This document shows, piece by piece, positions 37,081 to 46,458 of a stretch of 64,000 nucleotides of DNA (position 1 is the stretch's first letter; every line of letters starts with the position of its first letter). Source of the stretch: a virus; IMG/VR virus record IMGVR_UViG_3300042541_002760, one strand, 5' to 3'. Made by a program: the position numbers and the translations under genes. The notes beneath the pieces are model-generated. The model was not told where the DNA came from, did not search any database, and was given only the letters and a program-made list of their open reading frames with translations.

Positions 37081-37866
37081 TTAGGGTTCCTCAAACACCA
37101 TTACTCCCCCAGCGGAGTGATTACATGAATCGCAATCGTTGCCACGCTTTACCGAGACGATTTGGTTGAATGAATTCGGTATCGTTTGATACTCGTTCGA
37201 AAACCGATGAGCATCGAGTTTCCCGCTGCAACTAACACCATCATTTGGCACACTAGGAGTGAGCAAAAAAGTACATATCCAGTTCGATGCCTGACCCTGT
37301 CGAAGATTCGTAATCGTAAAGTCTGGAATGGACTCCCATGTCCAAACACTTGTATCTCTGTTCACATAACGGGTCTCTGGTCTTCTCGCAAGTATCGTTC
37401 CAATTCCGTCAAATGTATTTGGTTTCTGTCCAAGGAAGATACCATCACATGTATCATCATAGATGCCCTTCCAACGACAATAGACCATTTTCCACCCACT
37501 AGGAACATACCAATCATTCGGAATGTTCATCTGCCCGATTGATGTTTCTGCGCCCTGATTGAATGTTCGATAACTAAAAGAAAGACGAACTTGCTTCTTG
37601 TAAGTGCTTTCTGTCAACTTTGGCCCAGTAGAAACCCAAGATCCATTTTGCATGACCTTCATGGAATCTACTTTTCTCCATGTGCCCCCATTCTGCACAT
37701 ATGCAGCCTGTGGGGACTGCCAGTTTCCCGAATTGATAACATCCAATCCTGAGTAATTCCGAACGACTGATCGCTGAGTTACGAGAACACCAAGGAATGA
37801 TGGGTTGTCAGATGTATCTTCAGGAACTGATGTTCCTACTGGAATGTTGGCAATTGAAGTTGACAT
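37081..37866 (-). CDS. putative tail-fibre adhesin/accessory protein
   Basis: Start revised to MSTSIA; W-x repeats NSGNW/NGGTW/NGSW; follows fibre gene. Confidence 0.55.
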   Translation of the reverse strand: MSTSIANIPVGTSVPEDTSDNPSFLGVLVTQRSVVRNYSGLDVINSGNWQSPQAAYVQNGGTWRKVDSMKVMQNGSWVSTGPKLTESTYKKQVRLSFSYRTFNQGAETSIGQMNIPNDWYVPSGWKMVYCRWKGIYDDTCDGIFLGQKPNTFDGIGTILARRPETRYVNRDTSVWTWESIPDFTITNLRQGQASNWICTFLLTPSVPNDGVSCSGKLDAHRFSNEYQTIPNSFNQIVSVKRGNDCDSCNHSAGGVMVFEEP

Positions 37867-37868
37867 GA

Positions 37869-40800
37869 TTACATTATACCAATAGCAGTCCAACTAATTC
37901 TTCCTTCAGCAGGCCATCCTGCTGAAGTGTTTGCATTATTTGCAATTACCTTTGCGCCCGTATTTGTGAGATTCGTATACTGACCCATGAAATCTTTGCC
38001 CTGCCAAGATGCATAATTGCCATCCCAACGAACCGTAACGGACATGTTGTATACTTGTGCAAATGCTCTTCGGAAAGTGATGTTTGAATAGATGTTGCCG
38101 CTGGTGCTGGAATCTTCTCCTATGTCGGTTGTTCCCCATTGCATCAAAATGCCACCAGGTAACTCTACCCAACCATCTTCCGCTGCCAAGACATTTCCTT
38201 GGACTGTTGGAGTGCCCGTCTCATACCAAACAAATCCTTCAGGATATCCCACAGCGGTGCTTGGCCCTGTCGTGCTGACATTAAACATCGGTCGGCATGA
38301 AACCTCGCCAGTCGAGTAATCAACGACAACATTACGGCTATCAGCATCTTTCTGATTCTGATCATATAACTTAGTTGCGCCCGTGAGACCGTAGTTGAGG
38401 GCAGGATACATCCGTACACTCGATGTGCTGCTGCCTGTTATCATCAGCGAGTTGCTGCTTGGAAGACTGATACGAGCAGACTCATTAATAAACAGGCGGT
38501 TTCCGACATAGAAATCAGCACTCACACCACCCGCAACGATTGCATCAACGCTGTCTGCACCGCCCAATCCTTGGATGTTGATTGTGCCTGTAACAGTCAA
38601 TGCCCCATGGAATGTATCATCAGCATCGTTGCGGAGAACCTTTGCATTTGTTCGGAACTGTGCGCGGTCGGCATCCGTCAGGGTACGAGCAGCACCACTT
38701 GCAGTCGTATGATTGATGTTATAGCGAATATAAAAGTTGTCGTGATTGTGACCCGTCAGAATCGTGGCTTGGAAACCATTCTTGGCACGGATGATCCAAT
38801 GCATTCCAACATTCGGTGGAATGATGTCGAATGGTGTTGTTCCAGCCCCTGTTCCCAGCAAGCCACCAGTTTCAGTCGTTGAACTTCCACGCGAATTGCT
38901 AAACGAGTCAGTCTGAACAGCCGAATTTAGGGTATGTGTATGTGGTGGGATATTGTTCTCTAGTAGCGTTACTTCAGATTCACCACCAATTGTTCCCAAT
39001 CCGATTGGGGGAGTAATTATTCCACTTCCTGCCAATCCCGTGGCGTTCGAAACGCCGAAGACAGTCCGTCTACGAAGATCGGGCAGGAAGAAAATTGAAC
39101 GACCAACAGCAGTCGCAACAACTCTGCCATACACCTTAAGAGAAACTCCTGCATCTAGTTCTGTGAATGTATTTGTTGTAACAGTAATAGTGCGTGTAGT
39201 TGTATTGACGGAAGATACAATTCCATCTGCGCTTCCCACAGCCCAAACGAACGAAAGTGCATCACCAACAAGAATTCCTCGGGTGTCTCCTTCAATTAAG
39301 AAAGTTGTAGCATTTACAACTTCTGCAATTGCATAATGTGTATTGCTAATAGTTCCGAAAAGGTCATTCCAAAATTCTTTTGCCTTTACCGAACCATCAC
39401 AAAGTAGCCATCCATCAGGGATTCCTGCGGTGATACCTGCAAATGGTTGTACGGCACCAATCGGAGCGGTTGAACGAAGATATACAAGATCAGTAGGAGT
39501 ATCGCCAACAACGATACCTGTATAGTTGCAGACATATCCCTTGTTGATACCCGTGGCGATCAACAGTGCTTTGCGAATTTCTCCAGGTTGAATTTCATAT
39601 GCACCCGAATCGGGATTATCGATGAAACTGCCACCAATTTCAGGATGTAGGAAATATGCATTTCCTGTTACGAGCGGATATAGACTTGCAAATCCACCTG
39701 TTGCAGTCAGTCCCGAAATGAATCCCTTGGTGACAAGACTGAAGCAATTTCCCGTAACACTTTCTACAATTCCAAGTGCCTCTGCATTTGATACCGTATT
39801 TGCCTTTGCAAAAGTGAGTGATCCATCGGTATCAAAGCGAAGAGCATGTCCAACTGCAAATCCGTGATTTGTTTGGCAGAAAGTTTTACGAATTGCATCT
39901 GCTCTTAACCAATCCTCATGAATTCTACCATCACCCAAAGAAACGGGAATAGACCATGGAGTTGCTGTGGTGAGTGAATGAGCACCATCCAACTGATCTG
40001 CATTTAGAAACTTGATCCAATTCGAAACAGGCACCCCTGGGTAAACCGCAGGGCCTGTACTACCCGCAAATACAACACCAAAGGTAGCACCCGCAGCACC
40101 TGTGGGGCTGTGTCGCATCGTCAATTGATTGGCAACATCATATCGAGAAAATGACCCATTTGATCCGTAGTAAGTATAGGAATTGTTTACAGATGCATCG
40201 GGATAGCCAATCGATGCAAACTTAGAAGAAAGAATATAATTATCCGAACCAGTAACACCAAGATTCGTATTTGCAACAAATGCATTCCATGACTGCATAT
40301 CAGGAGATCTGAGATTCCACAAGAATGTCTTGTCACCTGAAGCACCCTTGATATCAATACCTGCGGGAGTTAATATTTCATCACCGAAGAAAGAAGTACC
40401 AATCGTGGGTGTTCCTGTAGTAAGAACTGATGTAATTGCTGAACCCGTAATGACCAACTTTCCACCCAAAATAACATCATCAACACCACCATCGGTGAAT
40501 AGATGAAGTTGAATTGTTCCTGTTGTTCCTGCACCTGCGGTTCGTCCTCCCCAACTACGAACTACACCAATTGTGGTTGCAGTGGCTGGATCAGGAGTAA
40601 GAGTATCGTGATAGAATGCAGTCATACCTGAGGTCTGACCGCCATTAAACGAACCTTCTGTTAATCCCACACCTGTGACCATAAATTCAACATATCGATT
40701 GTATGCCAATTCAATAATCTTGTCTTCAATACGAAGATCATTCGAATCGATATATGAGGTCTGTGCAGACACATTCAGATTACCAACAATATTGACATCG

Positions 40801-41270
40801 CCTTGAATTGTGAAAGATCCATTTCCCGAGCCACCAAAAGTAACAACAGGAGGAAGCATTCGGTGAGCAGGAGTACGCTTAGGCGTTCCTGCCAAACCCT
40901 GACGAGTATCACTCACATCACTAAAAATTACATAATCGCCCATTTGGGGATTTGCAGATGCCCCCGTGCCCAAGTCTTCAAGACGAACAGCATCAATAAT
41001 TATTTTATTGAAGTTATCCGTGAATCCCGCAACACCAATTCCAATACCTGCACCAGGATTTGCAGAAAGAGTTACTACGCCATTGTAGTAACCACCCGAA
41101 CAGCCTGTTTCCTTAATCAATCCACCCGATGTTGCTCCAACATCAACATCAAAGACATTGATGGCACTTGCTGCCTCAATCATCTCATTTGTTCTATCGA
41201 ACCATGTATTAAAGGTGTCGGAAAGAACGAGCGGCTGAATATTGATTAAATCTGATGCGGTACAGGACAT
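37869..41270 (-). CDS. long tail fibre protein with tail-collar domain and C-terminal lectin-like tip
   Basis: SDTF..W...TN start, LNADQLDG, PIGAVQPFAG..GWLLCDG..FFLPDLR, GW..LPGG...QWG..F..AF..W.AIG. Confidence 0.88.
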   Translation of the reverse strand: MSCTASDLINIQPLVLSDTFNTWFDRTNEMIEAASAINVFDVDVGATSGGLIKETGCSGGYYNGVVTLSANPGAGIGIGVAGFTDNFNKIIIDAVRLEDLGTGASANPQMGDYVIFSDVSDTRQGLAGTPKRTPAHRMLPPVVTFGGSGNGSFTIQGDVNIVGNLNVSAQTSYIDSNDLRIEDKIIELAYNRYVEFMVTGVGLTEGSFNGGQTSGMTAFYHDTLTPDPATATTIGVVRSWGGRTAGAGTTGTIQLHLFTDGGVDDVILGGKLVITGSAITSVLTTGTPTIGTSFFGDEILTPAGIDIKGASGDKTFLWNLRSPDMQSWNAFVANTNLGVTGSDNYILSSKFASIGYPDASVNNSYTYYGSNGSFSRYDVANQLTMRHSPTGAAGATFGVVFAGSTGPAVYPGVPVSNWIKFLNADQLDGAHSLTTATPWSIPVSLGDGRIHEDWLRADAIRKTFCQTNHGFAVGHALRFDTDGSLTFAKANTVSNAEALGIVESVTGNCFSLVTKGFISGLTATGGFASLYPLVTGNAYFLHPEIGGSFIDNPDSGAYEIQPGEIRKALLIATGINKGYVCNYTGIVVGDTPTDLVYLRSTAPIGAVQPFAGITAGIPDGWLLCDGSVKAKEFWNDLFGTISNTHYAIAEVVNATTFLIEGDTRGILVGDALSFVWAVGSADGIVSSVNTTTRTITVTTNTFTELDAGVSLKVYGRVVATAVGRSIFFLPDLRRRTVFGVSNATGLAGSGIITPPIGLGTIGGESEVTLLENNIPPHTHTLNSAVQTDSFSNSRGSSTTETGGLLGTGAGTTPFDIIPPNVGMHWIIRAKNGFQATILTGHNHDNFYIRYNINHTTASGAARTLTDADRAQFRTNAKVLRNDADDTFHGALTVTGTINIQGLGGADSVDAIVAGGVSADFYVGNRLFINESARISLPSSNSLMITGSSTSSVRMYPALNYGLTGATKLYDQNQKDADSRNVVVDYSTGEVSCRPMFNVSTTGPSTAVGYPEGFVWYETGTPTVQGNVLAAEDGWVELPGGILMQWGTTDIGEDSSTSGNIYSNITFRRAFAQVYNMSVTVRWDGNYASWQGKDFMGQYTNLTNTGAKVIANNANTSAGWPAEGRISWTAIGIM

Positions 41271-41276
41271 GTGTGA

Positions 41277-41483
41277 TTATCGTTTCTCTATGAGTTTCGA
41301 AACAAGGGATTTTAGGTCAAACAATTCTTGCTCTAACTTATTTATCCGTTCCTTTTGTGCTAAATGTTCGTGCTTTCTTCTCTCATATGCATGTATAGAA
41401 TCATGGTCTGTCGAGAGAATTGCACCTGTTTTGGTGTCTCTCACTAGTCGTTCATTCTTTACCTTGATTCGGTTAGGCATCAT
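41277..41483 (-). CDS. conserved small virion-module protein
   Basis: L.RD..TGAI..TD + coiled coil, typical after DUF4815 gene. Confidence 0.75.
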   Translation of the reverse strand: MMPNRIKVKNERLVRDTKTGAILSTDHDSIHAYERRKHEHLAQKERINKLEQELFDLKSLVSKLIEKR

Positions 41484-44400
41484 GTTGCAATCATCCTTAG
41501 ATTCTTAATACGAGGAACTGCTGCTCCCGTTGAACTTCCAAACATAACTACCTTAATCGAGAATGACTTAAACTTAGTTAGGGTTGTATATCCAATATTT
41601 GTAAAAGATATTTCACGGAAATCAGTATCGGATGAGGATATGCCCCCATCGGTTGTGGTCAATTCCACATAATCAATATAGTCATAGTCAACCTCACCAA
41701 CAGGAATTGGACGAACAAATACTTTCACAGAAGAAGGAACTGCACTGTTTTTCTTGGGATTGCAGAGCGACATCGATACTGTGATGTTTGATGCCTCTAT
41801 ACCCTCTTCAAGAGTTACCTTCTTACTAATATATCTTGCACTTGCTTTAAATGCTGATGCAACATTACTCGGTTCGAGTTCTCCGTTATACTGTCCATCG
41901 CCCTGTGTTGTGTTTGTATTGTTATTGATAGTATTTGATATTGTAACGATGCTCGACTTTTCCCTATCAAATACAGGAGAAACATATCCATCACTACTTG
42001 CACTCATTGTGACATCTACTGATGCAAGTCCTGCCTGTGAAGTTCCTGTCGTGATTGGATGATGTCCATCGGAAGGAGTAATGTTCTTGTTCTTAGATAT
42101 TTGACTGTATGTGTCGGGTTGAACATTTACTACAATTGATGAATATGAAATTACAGATCCTTCGGGAACAGTATCAGCAGCATTTAATCTAAATTCATTA
42201 ATGTTGAATGTACCACTTCCACTAATTGCCTGATTTACAAATCGAATACTTCCACTGCTATCAAATTTGCACAGTTGTAAGCGGAAAGCCAAGGTTTCAT
42301 TATCGCTCTTGACCATCTTGCCCGTATTCTGTGCCTTGAAGATCGATCTCATCATGGGCTGCTTTGTAATATTATACTTCGAGTCCTCTTCACTTGCGAT
42401 CAAGACAGTGCTACCAACTGCTCCTGTAAATACCGAATACTCAGAAGAGTTTGTAAGAATACTAATTGCATACTCTTGACCAGGAAGCAGATATACAGGA
42501 TTACTGAATGGAAAATTTGTTTGATTTGCATTACCTGCCGTGATTAGATCAGCCGTATTGATACTGTCCGAATACAGGGTCGAAGATGCAAAAGGAAGAA
42601 CCTTTGATGGATGTGGATAACCCGATATCGTAGGACGAACCTGCACTGTGATTGGAATAGTTGTAAGTGTTTCCTTGCCACTAAAGTACAGATCAATAGA
42701 CTTTAAGAAAATTCCCTTTGGATACTTGGTAGGATCAACATAGAAAGTCTGTGCAAGTGGTTCGGTATATCCACGAATTTCACCCGAACTTGTAAGAACT
42801 TCAGACAGATTTGAAATAACTCTTGAAGATTTTACTGACTTTCTTCTAGTTTCCGAAAGTCGAGTAGACATATGCCCATCTTCTGCGATAGAATTATAGT
42901 TTCCTTCAATGGCATATACGGCCTCAGCAGACATTGTCCAATTACTTAGATTCTCGATATCGGTACTGTCAATAATTCGAATGACATGGCGACCTACCGA
43001 GAAATTCTGTTCGAATACGCCCGTGGATGCATTTGGGTAGTTGAACAGATAATTGGTCGATGCCTCACCCTTGCTTGTTGTAACCTGACTACCTCCTGTG
43101 CAATAGGGGGTTACATTCATGTCATCACAGAACACATGGAAAGTGGTGTTTGGCTTCAGTCCATTGGCATTGATTGAGATTGTCTTCTGACGAGCAATAG
43201 GAAGTACATCCTTTGCAATCGTCTTATTGTTGATGATCTTCTTCAGGCTTTCAGGAGCAATTGAAGCACTTAGATTATTCAACGAAGTTCCCTCAACCTT
43301 GGCAGTAAGCAACTTATTGGGATTCAACAAATTGGGACGAGTGTTCTTCGAAGTCTGATTTTCTTTACCAAACCAAATAGATTCCCAATCATTAAACCGC
43401 GTACCAAATCCATAACTTGAGTTCTGTTCCCAGTTATCATTCTCGCCATCAACATTCACCAATACCTTAGGCTGCTTTTCAGAATCGTACCAATTGTCGG
43501 TCGATGGGCTGATAGAAAGTGTGCCGAGATAATTGATAACATTAAATGGATTTACTGTAACTGAACCACTTGCAAGAAGATTTGAAATTTCAGGAGAGAG
43601 TGCATAAGTCAAGGTGTATATGCCTGTTGAAGTATTCCCAACAACATTTGATACATTTATTTCACCCGTTAATCCATAAGAGCGAGACACAAAAGATGGA
43701 CGCAATTCATTGTTTTCATAATCAACACTTGCGGCAAACATCGGATCGGTATTGTCTGCAACTGCATGACCCTTAAACTGATCAACAAGAATACCACGCT
43801 TAGGCATTTCAACATCATCGGTGTCCCGAATGCTCTTTGCTTTTGCCTCTTGCTCAAGAAGATTCAGTGTAGTGTAGTATTCAACGGCTTCAATTCGTTT
43901 TTCCAATGCACCAATATCTCGCATGGTATAACGCTTATTTTCAACATAACGAACAGAAGCATCATTGCTGTCAACTGTATAAGGATTTACACGAATACTA
44001 TACAAGGACATTGCATTCGGATCATCCGCAGGAACATCGGCATCCAATGAAGGAATTCCCGAAATGACGGTGAATCTACGATCACGAGTCAATGCAATCT
44101 TATCTGTTCTTGGCAAGAAGTGTGTGTATGTCCAATCGGTCGAATTCGCCGAGGTGTTTGCAGGAACCCATGTTATTGGAATAATATCTCCCGTCAAACT
44201 ACGATCAGGACGGAAATCGATACAGTCGCGAAGATTGTATTGAAGTGCATTTGTTCTGCTTGTATAGGTTGGGATATTTTCATAATCAGGATATGACTGT
44301 GCGGTATACGGCCCAAGCCCAAACTCACCTGTACTGTGTGTATAGTGTTTAAATGTTGCCGAATATGGGCCTGTAACTCCTACTGTACCAGGAATCAAGG

Positions 44401-46447
44401 TAACTCTAGCCCAATCATAATGAGCATCGCGCTGACCCGTATCAAAATCAAAATAGGGTAATAGATTAATTCCTGAACTTGCTCCCATTGACCCCGTAAG
44501 CGACAGCAACTGATCGACATCAGTATATCCATTGAGATACAAGGTATCTGCTGTGCTGCCTCTACCATCGCCTGTGAGGTCTCTGCCAAATGCTCCCGTA
44601 AGAGACTGGCTTATGGTAGAGAGCGTCTTTGTTCTTCGGAAGTCGGTCATGGAGGTACTATTATTTGCAAACTTCTGTGTTGCAATTACATTCAACTTTG
44701 CACCACTGACCGTTCCCGTTACCGTAACTGATAGTTGATTTTCGGAAGCACCCCGTGCAGCAGTTCCTCCCAAGACTTTCCCATTCTGATCAAAAACAAG
44801 AATATCAGCATTTGGCAAAGTAACAATATTGTTTTCAAGAAGGGGAAATTCCATTTTATTAATATCATACGAATCAATAGTAAATGGATAGGTAGATGCA
44901 TTTGCAGTTGTCTTTGCATATGAAACGATTGCATAATCACCAACATTGAATGCAGTCACTCCCGATCCTTCGGGAATTGGATATAAAAGAGATCCTTGAC
45001 TCTGTGCATCGAGAGTAGCACTACCGCCTGTGATTGCAAACAAATGGCTTGTAGTCGATACCTTGCCATTCATAAACACGCGAGTAACATCTGAAAATGC
45101 TCCACCTGTTAAACTGATATCATATATCGATAGATTGTAAACGGTTCCACCATATGGCTCAACTCCACGAATTCTTGCTGTGCCAATTGCAGCACATGCG
45201 GCACCACTTGCACCCGAAGACAATGTCACTAGAGGATGTGTTGCAAGATCTGCGGTAGTTCCAAATGAATCTGGAATTCCTGAAAATACTACCTTTGTAT
45301 ATGGGCCAATAGATCTGTTAAAATCTCTAGTAATAGTTCTTTCATGAGATGCTCCACGGGCACATGGAATATTGAGTTTGGTCTTTCCCTGTGTTTCAAA
45401 TTCATAGCCAAATACATATGCCTTACCAGGAGACAACTCTGCTTTCAATACACTAGTTCCACCCACTGCGGTTGGGCCTTTAAGAACCAATTCAAACGGA
45501 GTTACTGTATAGTTTCCCGATTCGTCATATGTTCGCCGCGCAAGAGTATCTTCAAGCATTGCATAGTCGGGATACTTCTCAACTTTAACAATGTCGCCGT
45601 CAACCACACGCATAAATTCAATAAATCCGACTCTAGAGAAATTGTCCACTGCCGTTGTATCAGTTGCTGTGAACCCCTTCTGTGATGCAAGAAGTTCAAT
45701 CATGAACCGATCTGAACCAGGAGCGGCATAATTGTAGAATCCGAATGCAGGATCGTTCAGTGATGTATCGTCAGTAGAGGTGACAAATGACTTATCAACA
45801 TCAAACCCAATTCTTGTGGTAGGGTTGTTATAGTTGCGAATTTTATTTCCAACAGATCCTGTGAGGGTATATGCACCAATTGATTGGGCATCATTGAGAA
45901 CAAAATATCCCTCGACAAATCGAACGCCACGATCAACCGATGCAACAAGTGCATCACCAATAACATATCCATTTGGCCCTGTTACGGAAGCAGTTATTCC
46001 TGTACCGTTTGCGGCGGTCGCAGAAAGAATATTATTGATTGCAAATGTTGCACCGCCTTCAGTATATTCAAAGAAAAGAACACTTGTATTTGATTCACTA
46101 CTATTTGGATATACTCCTTCGGCATGAACAACACGGGCACTAGCCTTACCCGATGATCCAATGACCGTTCCAATGAAATCCGAATATCCCACCGAAGATC
46201 CAAGATTTACTTTCACATATTTTACACGATTTTCACTGATCTGCCCGTCAAGAACAATGCTGCCTTCTTCAAATATATGAGAACCAAGACGCTCGACTTG
46301 ATTCTGTAGAAGTGTCTGTATCTGTGTCAGTTCTCGTGCCTGAACACCATATCCAGGACGGAACATGAGACGAAGAAACTTCTTGTCCTCGCTAAAATCG
46401 TCATAGTAAGGATCAACATTAAACAAACTTGGGTCGTATGATGGCAT
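41480..46447 (-). CDS. large virion structural protein (DUF4815/VrlC-like)
   Basis: PYYDDF...K.F...FRPG..VQARELTQ.Q..LQNQ, APG.DR, LARRTYDESGNY.V.PF, KRYTMRDIG.LE.RI. Confidence 0.92.
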   Translation of the reverse strand: MPSYDPSLFNVDPYYDDFSEDKKFLRLMFRPGYGVQARELTQIQTLLQNQVERLGSHIFEEGSIVLDGQISENRVKYVKVNLGSSVGYSDFIGTVIGSSGKASARVVHAEGVYPNSSESNTSVLFFEYTEGGATFAINNILSATAANGTGITASVTGPNGYVIGDALVASVDRGVRFVEGYFVLNDAQSIGAYTLTGSVGNKIRNYNNPTTRIGFDVDKSFVTSTDDTSLNDPAFGFYNYAAPGSDRFMIELLASQKGFTATDTTAVDNFSRVGFIEFMRVVDGDIVKVEKYPDYAMLEDTLARRTYDESGNYTVTPFELVLKGPTAVGGTSVLKAELSPGKAYVFGYEFETQGKTKLNIPCARGASHERTITRDFNRSIGPYTKVVFSGIPDSFGTTADLATHPLVTLSSGASGAACAAIGTARIRGVEPYGGTVYNLSIYDISLTGGAFSDVTRVFMNGKVSTTSHLFAITGGSATLDAQSQGSLLYPIPEGSGVTAFNVGDYAIVSYAKTTANASTYPFTIDSYDINKMEFPLLENNIVTLPNADILVFDQNGKVLGGTAARGASENQLSVTVTGTVSGAKLNVIATQKFANNSTSMTDFRRTKTLSTISQSLTGAFGRDLTGDGRGSTADTLYLNGYTDVDQLLSLTGSMGASSGINLLPYFDFDTGQRDAHYDWARVTLIPGTVGVTGPYSATFKHYTHSTGEFGLGPYTAQSYPDYENIPTYTSRTNALQYNLRDCIDFRPDRSLTGDIIPITWVPANTSANSTDWTYTHFLPRTDKIALTRDRRFTVISGIPSLDADVPADDPNAMSLYSIRVNPYTVDSNDASVRYVENKRYTMRDIGALEKRIEAVEYYTTLNLLEQEAKAKSIRDTDDVEMPKRGILVDQFKGHAVADNTDPMFAASVDYENNELRPSFVSRSYGLTGEINVSNVVGNTSTGIYTLTYALSPEISNLLASGSVTVNPFNVINYLGTLSISPSTDNWYDSEKQPKVLVNVDGENDNWEQNSSYGFGTRFNDWESIWFGKENQTSKNTRPNLLNPNKLLTAKVEGTSLNNLSASIAPESLKKIINNKTIAKDVLPIARQKTISINANGLKPNTTFHVFCDDMNVTPYCTGGSQVTTSKGEASTNYLFNYPNASTGVFEQNFSVGRHVIRIIDSTDIENLSNWTMSAEAVYAIEGNYNSIAEDGHMSTRLSETRRKSVKSSRVISNLSEVLTSSGEIRGYTEPLAQTFYVDPTKYPKGIFLKSIDLYFSGKETLTTIPITVQVRPTISGYPHPSKVLPFASSTLYSDSINTADLITAGNANQTNFPFSNPVYLLPGQEYAISILTNSSEYSVFTGAVGSTVLIASEEDSKYNITKQPMMRSIFKAQNTGKMVKSDNETLAFRLQLCKFDSSGSIRFVNQAISGSGTFNINEFRLNAADTVPEGSVISYSSIVVNVQPDTYSQISKNKNITPSDGHHPITTGTSQAGLASVDVTMSASSDGYVSPVFDREKSSIVTISNTINNNTNTTQGDGQYNGELEPSNVASAFKASARYISKKVTLEEGIEASNITVSMSLCNPKKNSAVPSSVKVFVRPIPVGEVDYDYIDYVELTTTDGGISSSDTDFREISFTNIGYTTLTKFKSFSIKVVMFGSSTGAAVPRIKNLRMIAT

Positions 46448-46458
46448 TTATTTCTACC

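Noticed and set aside
32116-41270. Diversity-generating retroelement or invertible fibre cassette
   Set aside because: No reverse transcriptase, invertase, or near-identical TR/VR pair seen in the window
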